From Balanoglossus misakiensis (lineage: Eukaryota > Animalia > Hemichordata), in contig CM082576.2 in the NCBI GenBank assembly GCA_040954595.2, positions 8,497,129-8,561,128 on the forward strand: 64,000 bases of DNA, written 5' to 3'. Below the pieces are notes generated by a model, which was given only the letters and a program-made list of their open reading frames with translations, did not search any database and was not told the origin of the DNA. Numbering within the stretch: the first letter of the stretch is position 1; each line of letters begins with the position of its first letter. A program made the position numbers and the translations under genes. Shown here in pieces: positions 52,201 to 63,311 of the stretch.

Positions 52201-55200
52201 GGGCCCTTACCACCTCCAATGAGAGAACCCTGTGTGTATCGGATAAACGACGGCCAGTAACAGTACGGCCGACCAAATGAAAGGAAAAAAATATTTCTCG
52301 GTAATATTAGAGCTCTCTCCACCTGTCGTTATCGGATCTACCCTCAGGGGGGAAAAGAGCGGGGCGGGTGGACTCAAGACAGACAGACAATCAAACTTCA
52401 CATTTTATTTGCCCGCATGTCACCTGTAATCTCAACTGTCAGTCGGAGCCGAGGAAAAATGGCAACGCTTGACACACTGTAAGCGATAGTCGGTGGGGTG
52501 AATCGGGGAAAGTGGCAGAACATCGCCGATAAAGTGGACTGACACTTGTCGCGACAATCCCCAGCACAATGGCCACGTGTGGGCAGTAATGTTGTCTGGA
52601 CGCAAGAGGGAAAACCAGCGACACTTTAGAGCCTTTTGCAAGGTACACATGTACGGCCTTTATAGTCGTGGAGTGGCGATGGCATTAAGCCCCGGTTAGA
52701 TGGCTGGTTCTCCATTAGCATGACAAAGGCCGGGCAATTACTGGTATTTGAGATTCAATTAGCTCTCGGTGTATTGTAACCTTTGAATGTTGTCTAAAAA
52801 CCCTTTCCGTCGTGTAGAAACTACAAAAATAAAAAGCTTGATAACGCACTCCAAGAAGTACACACAATACTTAACCATCCATCCACTACTCTAAATGGAA
52901 ATGGCTTTTTGATGCCGGGGTCCGCTTTGTTGTTTTTTCCCTCTGCCCTTCGAAGTCACCCCTCGCATATCTTGCGTGGTGGGGTCTTTTTCTGAAAGGC
53001 TTCGCTTGTTTTCTTAGATTAGTCTCCGTGTTGACCAAACAAGGAGGAGGTTATCTCCAGTTTCGGCTAATTTCGTTTTGTTCATCTGTGCGACACAAAA
53101 CAAATTTCCCCCCACCTTTTGGAAAGAAAGTCTGCGTGCATCCTCCAGCGAAGGAGACCCCCTACCTCACCAATAATGTAGCAGTGATTGAAAGCCAAAA
53201 AAGAGAGAAAAGTTCTTCTGTCAGGGATATTAGAACTCTAGCGAGGCTTTACATAATTGATTCCCACCGCTGACAATTTAATTGCCTAGCTGAGACAAGA
53301 CAGAAGTCAGGGGGAGAGAAAAAAAAGGAGATACGAAGGAGTAATTGATTTGCGGTCTGAATGCTGCCCTTTTAGCGAGAGAAAAGGGCGCGATAATGTG
53401 TTGCTATTTTGAAAAACAAAAGGGTTCTTCAGCTTTCCTTTTTGGCATTACAAACGTCTATACAAATCTTGTCAACATTGTTTGTAGGCATGAGATGGAG
53501 ACTAGAGATCCCTAGAGATAACACATCATAGTGGTCAATTCACTGAAACATCTAGCTGTATAATGGTGACATAACCACTGAACACACTTTGGCGATGTGA
53601 TGCACCACCGGGAGTTTTACACAGCGCCCCCACCCGCCGAAGCCTGCAGGTCAATCTGAAGTCAGTTTTGTGAAGTGTGTCCGTCCGAAAGGGGAAAGCG
53701 CCCTCAAAGACCTAACAATTCTCAAACATTCAACGGCTGTTGGTAGAAACAAACATGCATTTTTAAAACAAATAAACAGGTTTGAGCATGCTATCATGAT
53801 ATTAATGTTATTCAGCCGATTGGTAAGTTTCTGCCACTTATTAAAATGCAGCATTAACAGTACATTGTACATATATAACAGCAAGGATTATGGCGATGTT
53901 TTGCTCCAGTGAGATAAAAGAAAATGCAAAAAAGCTCTGCTGAAAATATGTCAAAATCTCACATTTTGTCTACAATTTCAGCTTTCAATATTTTCCAATA
54001 TGACATAGACATATGAGAAGTTCGTATCAACAAGCTCAGAGTTGTTACTTTCGCACAATATATTGCCCTCTTGAGTTTGCTTTTAACTATACCTTTTGTT
54101 TTTACCTTCAAGAAACTAGCCCTGCTTCTAACTGAACGTGACAGGTAAACTGACAAGAAAGTTACATTTTTATATATTCTCAATACAATTATACCAATTT
54201 TTGGTTTTCAATAGATTTTTTCCCCTCAATGATGAAGAGGCTCTTGCAGTTCCTTTCATGCAAACTATCTGAAAATACGGTAAGGTTGTACCATACATAC
54301 TCTCATAAGGCAAAATTATAATATGGATTAAGAGTTTCATTAAACCACAGACCCTCAAGGTCTACGATTGAGCTAGTCATTATAAGAAAAATGGTCCCTC
54401 AGGCCAATCTACTGTGGCAACTGCACTAAATGCATTGTTATTTTTTATGAATGTATTAGTGTGGAAACAGCCTCCTCATCAAGATGCATAGTGAAGATTG
54501 GGGTTGTTCAAATTTGAACTGACCTGGTGTATTTTAAACCTCACTACATTAGTACGCAGTGGATATATAAAAACAGATGTCAACAATCATATACTGACAA
54601 ATCAAGTACTGACGAAACCATTTTAACTTTTTTACAGCATGAGAAACATCTCAGGTTTTGTCATGTTAGAAGTAAAAATCCAGCTGTATAGTACAGCGCT
54701 CACAATCACAGCATGCTCAGAATCAGATACAGATTTCCAATTCAATCAGTGATTTCTTGCACAACACCAGAAATTTGAGAACTCAGGCATTCTTCTATAT
54801 AAGAGTCGGTGGACCATCAATGCAAGACTTTGCTTTCCCCACAAAGGATTAAACTACAAAGGAATATGCTGCAGCATGCTTTGTCTTTATCAATTATGTA
54901 TATCTGATTTTTAAGTTTTAAAAAATTCTCATGTCTTTCAGATTATTAAAAAAAGATGCACTGTACGTACATGTAATATTTTATTGATGGTGCAGATTTC
55001 CCGCCCCGGGGTATAGCGCTCTAGTTTGGTCACACAGTCTAAGTCCCATGAAATATTCATTTATCAATACATGTACATTGCATGATCAAATACATGTAGC
55101 TGATTTTGTTCCAATTTGACCTCTGCCCTTGAAAATTTGAGATGCTTCATTTCATTTGAACCATTGTTCCTATTGGTTAACTGATGCCATGTGACTTATT

Positions 55201-56700
55201 GACAATCTGATTTCGGCAGCTGGGAGATGTAAAGACTTTTTTTTTGAAAATTCCACACTACAAGATTTTAACTTTTACAACTAATATCTTGATACGTATT
55301 TTACATTATCTATTTTAAATCTATGTTATAAACAAGAGACCTGTCCATAAAATTTGATGTGGGAGCATTTTTAAACAGAAACAAATGAAACGAAATTCTG
55401 GTTTTCTTTCAACGAAAAACAAACTATTCAATTGTTGGCAATATCAGACTAAATGCATTCACAGACAAGGAAGGATAACTGAGGCTAATACTGGTTGTCC
55501 GATATACATGTACTGCATTATTCAAAATACCAGGAAGTTGGACTATTGTTACATCCCTGGATTTGGAAAGGAAAGTTTGACAAAACTGAAAATACAGCAA
55601 AAAGCCCTGACATTTTGTTTGTGTGCTACAGTCACCTAGAATCTAGCTGGGTGTTCAGCGAAATGTTTCAGCTAGATTCTAGACCAGAGGCATCAGCTCA
55701 GATACGCAGGCAATAAACCAAGCCGGTTGGCACGGTAAGAAAATGACACTTTAAACTGAAATCTTTAAGACTTACGATGTCAAAAAAAACATCAGGTGAC
55801 CATGACAAGGGCCACTAAGGTCAGAAACTAAAATCCGACAGCCTGGTCAGCAAAGTGTAAGACACATCGAAAGCAAAATCTGGTCTTTTCATTTCCTCCA
55901 CAAAGAGGATTTCCTCCACAATCTAATATAAGCCTCTGTGTAAGAGAAGCAACATTACAAGCACCAGGATTATACTGGATGGATGTCTTAGAATTGATTT
56001 TTTCCCCATCTATCGGTGCAAAGTCAACAACTTTTGACATGATTGCGAGTTTTTGACATATGTGTGATGTATTTACGTCACTCTGCTGAAACACTGAGTG
56101 CCAAAGCTTTACTCTCACCCTGTTTGTAGATTAAATATGTAAATATTTCAGTGGCATAATGTTTTGTTACAAACCATACATTATTTCTGCGTTGTTATGT
56201 CTACACTTGGTTGAGCTGCAGCAACTGATTGTCCACCGGATCAGTCCAGTACGTGAAATGAGACAGAAATAAATAACTCCACATATACCGATTTAAATGT
56301 TAAACCAAACGCAACTGTGATGTCAATCTTTCCTGAAGTCATCTGATTCATTCCCCTCAGCATGCAGACAGCGGTAAAAACATATCTAAGTGTTGAACAG
56401 TGACTATATTGGTGGACGTTTGTGACATTCTGTACATTCTCCACAACCTGAAGCTATCGGAGAATGCCATGTAGCCCGACATGCATGAACCAATGACACA
56501 CTAACTGGTAGATACGCATATAAGTTTATAACAACGTGCATACCAATCTGTCTAAACACATACACTGTGATACATATCATGTAAAAATGCCGCTCTCACC
56601 ATTTCTGGGTGCATTCCACAATCAGGTGTTGGAAGGACGCCGTGAACTGGAACTTGGCGGCCCTCTTGCCAACCCTCTGCAGTCTCTTCCACAAGCTCAT
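16191..56700 (-). CDS. EHBP1: EH domain-binding protein 1 orthologue, full spliced CDS span: join(56600-56700,42280-42337,41969-42064,41014-41070,39419-39600,38509-38702,36562-36946,34046-34229,33135-33410,32515-32693,32213-32261,30022-30738,29055-29195,28582-28729,22919-23052,22646-22742,20016-20140,19651-19771,18910-19003,18355-18428,16771-16885,16191-16272); about 1202 aa
   Basis: All 21 introns are GT-AG with matching phases; exon lengths sum to 3609 nt with no internal stop. Domain order NT-C2 ([19 protein letters not shown]...), NPF cluster, CH domain, bMERB coiled coil and CaaX (EKCILQ*) is diagnostic of EHBP1. Confidence 0.95.
16771..16885 (-). CDS. EHBP1: EHBP1 coding exon 21 (bMERB)
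   Basis: ctcag|[41 protein letters not shown]|gtgagt; 115 nt. Confidence 0.97.
18355..18428 (-). CDS. EHBP1: EHBP1 coding exon 20 (bMERB)
   Basis: caacag|[26 protein letters not shown]|gtacta; 74 nt. Confidence 0.96.
18910..19003 (-). CDS. EHBP1: EHBP1 coding exon 19 (bMERB)
   Basis: cccacag|[34 protein letters not shown]|gtaaga; 94 nt; [15 protein letters not shown] signature. Confidence 0.97.
19651..19771 (-). CDS. EHBP1: EHBP1 coding exon 18 (start of bMERB domain)
   Basis: ccttag| [41 protein letters not shown]|gtagcc; 121 nt. Confidence 0.95.
20016..20140 (-). CDS. EHBP1: EHBP1 coding exon 17
   Basis: tttcag|[43 protein letters not shown] |gtaatg; 125 nt, phase 1 to 0. Confidence 0.88.
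22646..22742 (-). CDS. EHBP1: EHBP1 coding exon 16
   Basis: tttacag| [33 protein letters not shown]|gtgagt; 97 nt, phase 0 to 1. Confidence 0.87.
22919..23052 (-). CDS. EHBP1: EHBP1 coding exon 15
   Basis: ttgtag|[46 protein letters not shown] |gtaagt; 134 nt, phase 1 to 0. Confidence 0.87.
24891..24917 (-). CDS. EHBP1: Candidate alternative 27-nt EHBP1 microexon (inserts GVGFQFYQF)
   Basis: Pyrimidine tract...atacag|GAGTGGGATTTCAGTTCTACCAGTTTG|gtaaga; symmetric phase 1 to 1 inside the phase-1 intron between exons 14 and 15; TGCATG and ACTAAT just downstream. Confidence 0.65.
28582..28729 (-). CDS. EHBP1: EHBP1 coding exon 14
   Basis: ctag| [50 protein letters not shown]|gtaatg; 148 nt, phase 0 to 1. 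Confidence 0.92.
29055..29195 (-). CDS. EHBP1: EHBP1 coding exon 13
   Basis: tttgcag| [23 protein letters not shown]...KEKMTT |gtaagc; 141 nt. Confidence 0.92.
30022..30738 (-). CDS. EHBP1: EHBP1 coding exon 12 (end of CH domain plus low-complexity linker)
   Basis: gcag| [44 protein letters not shown]...PELEK |gtaagc; 717 nt; lies within ORF 30007..30768. Confidence 0.95.
32213..32261 (-). CDS. EHBP1: EHBP1 coding exon 11 (CH domain)
   Basis: tttacag|[17 protein letters not shown] |gtatta; 49 nt, phase 2 to 0. Confidence 0.93.
32515..32693 (-). CDS. EHBP1: EHBP1 coding exon 10 (calponin-homology domain, first part)
   Basis: gtcag| [61 protein letters not shown]|gtaagt; 179 nt; canonical type-2 CH motif [10 protein letters not shown]. 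Confidence 0.93.
33135..33410 (-). CDS. EHBP1: EHBP1 coding exon 9 (Ser/Thr/Ala low-complexity linker with PPPKPPR)
   Basis: cccacag| STSAAGAV...[10 protein letters not shown]...SADLLPA |gtatgt; 276 nt, phase 0 to 0, open frame. Confidence 0.85.
34046..34229 (-). CDS. EHBP1: EHBP1 coding exon 8 (8th [12 protein letters not shown] motif)
   Basis: tttcacag|[24 protein letters not shown]...TAK |gtgtgt; 184 nt, phase 2 to 0. Confidence 0.88.
36562..36946 (-). CDS. EHBP1: EHBP1 coding exon 7 (NPF cluster, 7 NPF motifs)
   Basis: ttcag|AC LFKKCTP...LNPFGE...ANPFDD..TNPFEE..SNPFEE..INPFEE..ANPFDE..SNPFDV...ELN AA|gtaagt; 385 nt, phase 1 to 2. Confidence 0.93.
38509..38702 (-). CDS. EHBP1: EHBP1 coding exon 6
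   Basis: ttcag|[31 protein letters not shown]...KENDH G|gtaaat; 194 nt, phase 2 to 1; conserved DMQSLAS motif. Confidence 0.95.
39419..39600 (-). CDS. EHBP1: EHBP1 coding exon 5 (end of NT-C2)
   Basis: cag| [27 protein letters not shown]...[10 protein letters not shown](T) |gtgagt; 182 nt, phase 0 to 2. Confidence 0.96.
41014..41070 (-). CDS. EHBP1: EHBP1 coding exon 4 (NT-C2)
   Basis: tttgcag| [19 protein letters not shown] |gtaagt; 57 nt; [10 protein letters not shown] motif typical of the EHBP1 NT-C2 domain. Confidence 0.96.
41969..42064 (-). CDS. EHBP1: EHBP1 coding exon 3 (NT-C2)
   Basis: tttcag| [32 protein letters not shown] |gtaaat; 96 nt. Confidence 0.96.
42280..42337 (-). CDS. 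EHBP1: EHBP1 coding exon 2 (NT-C2)
   Basis: cag|[20 protein letters not shown] |gtgagt; 58 nt, phase 2 to 0. Confidence 0.95.
55636..55682. repeat. Perfect 14-bp inverted repeat with 19-nt spacer
   Basis: CTAGAATCTAGCTG (55636-55649) and CAGCTAGATTCTAG (55669-55682). Confidence 0.85.
56600..56700 (-). CDS. EHBP1: EHBP1 coding exon 1 (start of NT-C2 domain)
   Basis: [33 protein letters not shown](W), then TG|gtgaga donor (phase 2). In-frame TAG upstream of the ATG. The exon's UTR part extends to a polypyrimidine/AG acceptor at 56742 or 56745. Confidence 0.96.
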
Positions 56701-57387
56701 TTCAGTTGGGGGGTGGGGGACTTCACGCTAAAGGCATATCAGCTGCTTGCAAAAAAAAGAGAAAGAAAAAAAAACAAGCAGAACCTGATGAGCGGCATGT
56801 CTGGAGTAGATAACCCAATGTCGGGAGTTGAACACATCACTCATGTCCGTAACCTGGCACTATTTCAACGCTAACGCACAGAACATGGACTATATAAGCT
56901 GAAATCACACATGTTAAATACACCCACATGTTGCCCGATGCATTTTAAGTATGATCATTCGAATATTTCTTCCTGGACCAGTCCATAGCTTCGAGATTAT
57001 CAGTGCCAGACAGTAAAAGGCCAGCCCAGCCAAGCAAATATCAATATTATGGATTTGTACATATTTTAACAGTGACAGTTTGCATACATAGACAGTCTGT
57101 AATCTACTCTTGCACAGGGTAGGATGGATGTACTATTTGCTTTTTAAGACTGCACTCTGTTTCTGTTCGATAATTCTAATGGTGTACATGTATACATACA
57201 AATCACTGGCAGATTTTCTTATGACATATGACCAACACCAGGAAATGCAGCTCAGTTCAGCAGTGTACATGTACATGTATGCAACAGACTGAAGAATGGG
57301 AAAGATAAAATATATTTATTTATCCCAATCAGTTAATTTAAAAGAAGTTTAGCATAAATTAAAATAAAACTTCACACACTGACTTAC

Positions 57388-57466
57388 CTGATGTACTACA
57401 GAACAGTTCAACTCTCATCTTTTTGATTCACTGCAACGCACTAGATCCTTCTCTTACATGTACATC
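57388..57466 (-). other. EHBP1: Probable non-coding 5'-UTR exon of EHBP1
   Basis: Consensus acceptor (ctcttttcag|G) and donor (CAG|gtaagt), 79 nt, about 650 nt upstream of the ATG-containing exon, which itself begins at an acceptor. Confidence 0.55.
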
Positions 57467-60400
57467 CTGAAAAGAGTGTAGATATATATCCCGGTCAAAA
57501 CAGGAAGAAGCAAAGTCTTACAGCTGCGACATGCGATAGTCACGACACGTCTGGAAACTGAAACTTGAAAGTCAGATTGTCAACTTTTCCTCACAAACTG
57601 CTGGCCTGGCTTCGATTAAAACCCCCTGCAGATCACAATTTATAATATGTTCAGATAATGTCCGCGGCAAACAAAAGATTGACATTAATTACGTCATGCT
57701 GTAGGCTGAGGGGATTCCACTTGTATTAACTCATGCAGCTGTAATTTCCCCCGAGGTGGAGTGTGGTTTAGAGTCCATCGCCGCTGCAGTTAGGAGCTGA
57801 ATAACAACACTCTCAAGAACCACTTTACAAGACGTGGGTGTATTTATCAAGACGGTATTTAACCTGGGAGTCACAAACCGTCGCCATGCCGACACAGACC
57901 TGTAATGGCTCTTTTTACTGTGCACTCTTCATCTTTAAAAAAGGCCAAGTCATCTGTCTTATGGTCTTTAAATGAATGCTTATGACCGGCTGCCCAGGGC
58001 AAACAGTGTGACCAGTGACTTCTGCACAGAGTAATCAGAGATCAAGCACCGATAGATTTCCCCTTTACCAGCATATTTTGGCTTGACCTTCTAGCTACGA
58101 ACAGTGGATGTGCACATATTGGATGAAGAATATGCAAAAGCCTGAACAATTTTCTCTGTTTACGTAACGATAGCAAGCTGACATTCATTTTATTGATGAC
58201 CTTTAACCTGAATCATTTTTATAGGGATTTTTGATATAAACTTTGAGTTACCAGTACCCTTTTTTGGATGATCCATCACCTCCTACAGCAGTGTCAATCA
58301 AAATATAAAACATGATATCAGACTAGGAGAAATTTATTAAACTGTATAGTATTCATTGAGAGCATGCATTATTTTCCATCTCATTATAATAATTCCTATA
58401 TATGATGCCAGTTGCAATAAAAAGACATGAATTATTCATGACTCATCCATTCAACACCACATTAAACACAGAGAATCAATCAATCGTGACCTCAATGCTA
58501 AATAAAACATGTCACTACAGATAACTTCACCTTAGGGAACACTTTCCATGAAATGAACGTTGCTCAAATCTTTTTTTGATTCTCTTCAAACCCGCTTGAA
58601 CAAATTAACCATAATTTTTTAGTCAAGTAGTCTGATAAAATCATACTACAACTCACTACGTGTACAATATCCCATATTGTAAATGTCACATTCTTAGCCG
58701 ACACACATTATTTAGGTACTTGATGTTCGTTTCAAACCTAGATACATACAACCTAACAACTACAACCGATGAGGGTGTTATTCTGATGAGAGCGCAAAAT
58801 GAAAGCAAGAGAAAGTCAAACCTGGGTGATGTGCTCCACACGCACAAAGTCAGCGTATCACTTCCAATTACATCACAGTGACTGAAAAGCATGTCATATA
58901 TTTTCAGATATTTCAACAATGTGGCATTGTAGTTTCTGACCTTGCTTTCTTTAACTTCAAATACTTTATGCATGCCATGTATCGGCCACTGTCCCTGGAG
59001 TGAATCTCCAAGGTCTGATCAATGCATCCAGATTCTGGAATCCTTCAGACCCATCACTTGTGACCTTTAAATTTAAAATGGCCAACTTCACGATGAAAAT
59101 TTGAAATAATGAACAGTGTGCTGCGGACTTGAAGTCACGAAGTCATGTGATGATATCAGTACAAAACAAACCTGATCATTCCCATAACCTTCAAATAACT
59201 GCCTACATCATGTGTGTACATGAAATGTTTGTGTGTATGTAAGACTGCCCTCCCAAACAAAAGCACAGCGCAAATTTCCTCAACTGTAGAGCAAGGCCTG
59301 GGACCTTGACGAGTAGAAAGCCAGTTCCTCCTATCCTCCCTCTCTGTGGCCGAGCTCTGTCAAGTCAGGGACACAGCACCAACTTCTTCTACACATGCAC
59401 ACAAAAATACTGACAGACCTACCGCCAAGAGAATTTTTGTCACCAGTGTATCAACAGCAAGTCATTCATATTTCGAGCGCTTGAGTCATATTTCTGCTGA
59501 TGTGCCCAATGATTACACATTTGGAATGTTCACATATTTGCCCAATAACAATATCCTGCTAAATGACCCTTCCTAAAATGTGTGATATAAGTTGTTGAAT
59601 GACTTAAAACACAGTTTATACGAACTGTTCCTCTTTAATTTTGATCACAACCAAACCCTGGGATTGTTAAAATCAGGGAAGTGTTCTGTACACTAACATG
59701 AAACTTCTTTATATTATACAACTTACATTAGACTCCAGGCAATAAATTTATTATACAGAGATTTAGTGAGACTGATTTTTTTCATTTTGATGGATGGCAT
59801 GGTATAATCGTCAGGTAATGACACAACTGGACTGTACTAGATATTAAATTAATCTGTTTGGATTCTGGTGAAGGGAACATCAAACATTGGGACTGAGTGA
59901 TTAATCTTGATTTGTGGTGTTGATATACATGTACACTAAATAAACCACACATAAATCAGTTTAGCATTCATTGCCTCTTGACAGCAATTTCTGATTTACG
60001 GGACACTTTTGGGATTCCCTGCTCCCTTCATTAGCTGGCTATTGTTTTTATAATGACTTCCCCTGTGCGTGAGAGTGGAGTCCCTTTGGTACAGATGCTG
60101 TGGTCAGATTGATTTGCTATAAGTGACCAATCTGGTCAATGTTCAAATGTCAACCGGCCAATCAGGTTGCATGTGACATTCTAGTACAATGTACCGCTTC
60201 CTGCTAATGGGGGTTGGTGGAGGAACAGAACTTAACAAATCACACAGCAAATCGACAGCCATGGTGGTCCACTTATCAATCATGCTTACTGTTACACCAA
60301 ACACAGTGGCAACCAGATGTTATAATAATGACAGGGTTTTAATTGGACTAATTTCTCCCAAACAGCAAAACCCTATAAAGGAGACCCACCATGCCTAATT

Positions 60401-63066
60401 TTACTGTTAGGGCCACCGTACTTTAAATTTAATACAAGTCTGAACACTGTGAAAATATAACAACCTAATCCGAAACACACAAACATTGGAATTTGGCCAA
60501 AAAACTCATGCTAATTGTCCCATAAATGACAAATTTCAGATTCTCTGTTTCACTCGTTGATGTTTCCTGTCACGCAAACATGGAAGCACACACTGCTCAC
60601 CTACATTTCCTGTCACATCAAGATAGATGCTCAGTCGCTCTGTGGTAAATGTTGCCATGGAAACAAATGCATGGTTACACAAAAATAGCTGAATAGAGCA
60701 CAATGGGGATAATGCAGTGAGTATGAAAAATCAAGCCATACATTACATCTGGACTCAATCAAATCGATCTCAAACAGTATTGAATTATCACGGCCTGTTT
60801 TTCTTTCAAATTCAAGGTTGTGGCGGTGATTTTGATGCCATTTAGTCCAGCATCCTTTTTGCTGAATTTTCACCATGATAGCGCAGCTGCCTTAGCTGCC
60901 CATACCACTGCAGTGACGGCTTTTACCATTCAAAAGATGTAAACTCCTTCTGTGAGAGCATCACTGGAGGTAAAAATCAAACGGAATGCCTCAAGACGTT
61001 TCAATTAGTAAATGTCAAATATGGAACAGCTGAGGGGTTCCTTACCCATGGGTGTGTGCCTGGTACTATTTTTGGGATGGGAGCCAGACAATAAAATGTC
61101 ATTCAATTATTTATTTTTCCATATTGATTTGAAGGCAAACAAAATAAGGCAATCAAATCAACGAACGTAAACCAGCGAGATAGTTTTTTCTTCTGAAAAT
61201 GATCATTTTTAAAACTAAGAATCCACAATGTTCATCAAGAATTGCAATAGTAAGAATAAGCTATTTACGCTGAGGGAAACTAAAGAATTGAGCAACGTGA
61301 TACTGTTTACTTAAAAGCCAAAATTCAACATGTACCACTCGAGATTCATAGGCAATTTTTTAGGGTAAATTAAGTTTGGATTATACAGAAACAATTATTA
61401 GGATTATCCTGTATGGGAAACTGAAGTGGAAAAAAAATCCCAAGTGAGCTTTCCTCAAATTAACAAATCTTGTGAGACACGATTAAGACAAAATGAAAGG
61501 AGTAATGAAAGGAACACAACATACCAGTCACAATGAAGCATCAAGGAAGGGTGACTTCCTCATCAGGGAGGTCTGTGATATAGTGGCAGTGGTGACGACC
61601 ACAACTGCGTAATTATGAAAATACTAAGGTTTCAAAGCTTCCTGTTTATAAATTATGATTCATTCAAGCTTACTCCCTTTTATTACTTATGATTTGGTCT
61701 ACCTCAACACATTATCCCTTTCAATCCCAAGGTTGATTCCATATGTTGAAAAAAACAGGGGTGTTTAAGGGTTCATGACACTCTGAAATGTTCACACCCT
61801 GAATGCCTGGTCCATACCGGGTAAATTATGTCCAGAGGTCCCTTTATTGGTAGGTTGTCTGACTGGGGTGGGTATAGGTCACACCAACTTCCCAGCTTGA
61901 CCGGATCAACATATCGTTTGTCATATTCCCTATTTGAGACACTATATCATTTCACATCCTTCATGACTAATAGAAAATGTATTACAAACTTTCAAATCTT
62001 TTATATCAGAAAAAATAAAATGTGCATCTCAGTAATTTTCTAAGACTTCTTCTTCTATGAAATACTGACCCCTGGTACCATAGGTTTATGTAGTTATTCC
62101 TGTCTAAAAATAAATAAAATGATTATATGTATAATAAATTTATAGATCATCACATCAAAGAAAGACCTGTGATCTCAACCATCAATCCCAATAACACAGA
62201 AATTATTTGACATGGCAATGAATAATCAGACATGATGTTAATCTCGGCCAGGTTGAAAATAAAAAGCAGTTGAAAGCTATCCTCAAACTCCAATTTCAAC
62301 TGAAATTACAGTTTTCATTTTCTCTTGATTAATCTCTTGCTACACCCTCATTTTAAACTGCTGGCAAATTATGGAGCCATGAAATGAAAATGACAGTTAA
62401 AAATTGCCAAAGGCAAAAAAAAAACAGAATTGCTACTGTTACTTAGCCTATAGGGAAGCTAATTATTCTGAAATTGTGAAAGAAGCCAGTCAATGGCCTG
62501 ACCTTTGACCAGTTGTAAAATATGATCACTCAGACGTATGCAATATCTATATGAGGAATTCTGTCTAGTGCACTGCTAATTCCCACGTGCAGAGAACATA
62601 TGTAACTAACAGTGAGTTAGTGGGTGTGGCACATGTACACATTATACTCACTGTGATGTTCTACATTTTGGCAAAAGTCTACAAACTCAGTCATGTCATA
62701 CTACCTTGGAAAACACATATTAAAATCATGGTTGGTCTTTCATTAAATGGTATTTGTTTAACTATTGATTACATAACACCATCTAAAAATTGTGAATATT
62801 TACTCTCTGAACATAGTAGTCACTCAGTACTTAATACAATGTTAGTAATAGTTTATTCAAACTTTGCAGTTGAGTGGCCCCCAACATTTGCAATGTAGGT
62901 GTTTTTTTGAGAAACAGTCTAAGCACTGCCAATCAATCACTCATATTCCTTGTGAATATTAATAAAAATGAAATAAATATGACAATTTATGGACACTGAT
63001 ATCTGCACTGAGTTAAAAAAAAACAATTCTGTTTATAGATTACAGTGGAACTCAATAGGCAACTTT

Positions 63067-63311
63067 TGTGACCTTATATGACCTTACATCCTGGCATTTT
63101 TATTGGTGTGAAAGTGTGAATCCACTATTTTGATTCAAAAATCAAAATGAGCCAACAATATTCACTTTTTTGTTCTTAATTGCTATTTTAACTTATTGTT
63201 AAACTTATATTTTGTACAATTTTCACTTTTCATGCAGCACAATGTTGAATTTTCCATACTATATAACAATATAATCAAAAGTACCAGAATATAAGGTCAT
63301 GTAGGGTCACA
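63067..63311. mobile_element. Degenerate MITE-like element with ~35-bp terminal inverted repeats
   Basis: Left TGTGACCTTATATGACCTTACATCCTGGCATTTTT versus reverse complement of right TGTGACCCTACATGACCTTATATTCTGGTACTTTT: 29/35 identical, all mismatches C/T; AT-rich non-coding interior. Confidence 0.55.

Noticed and set aside
55891-55921. 13-bp direct repeat ATTTCCTCCACAA x2
   Set aside because: Local slippage duplication with no associated element.
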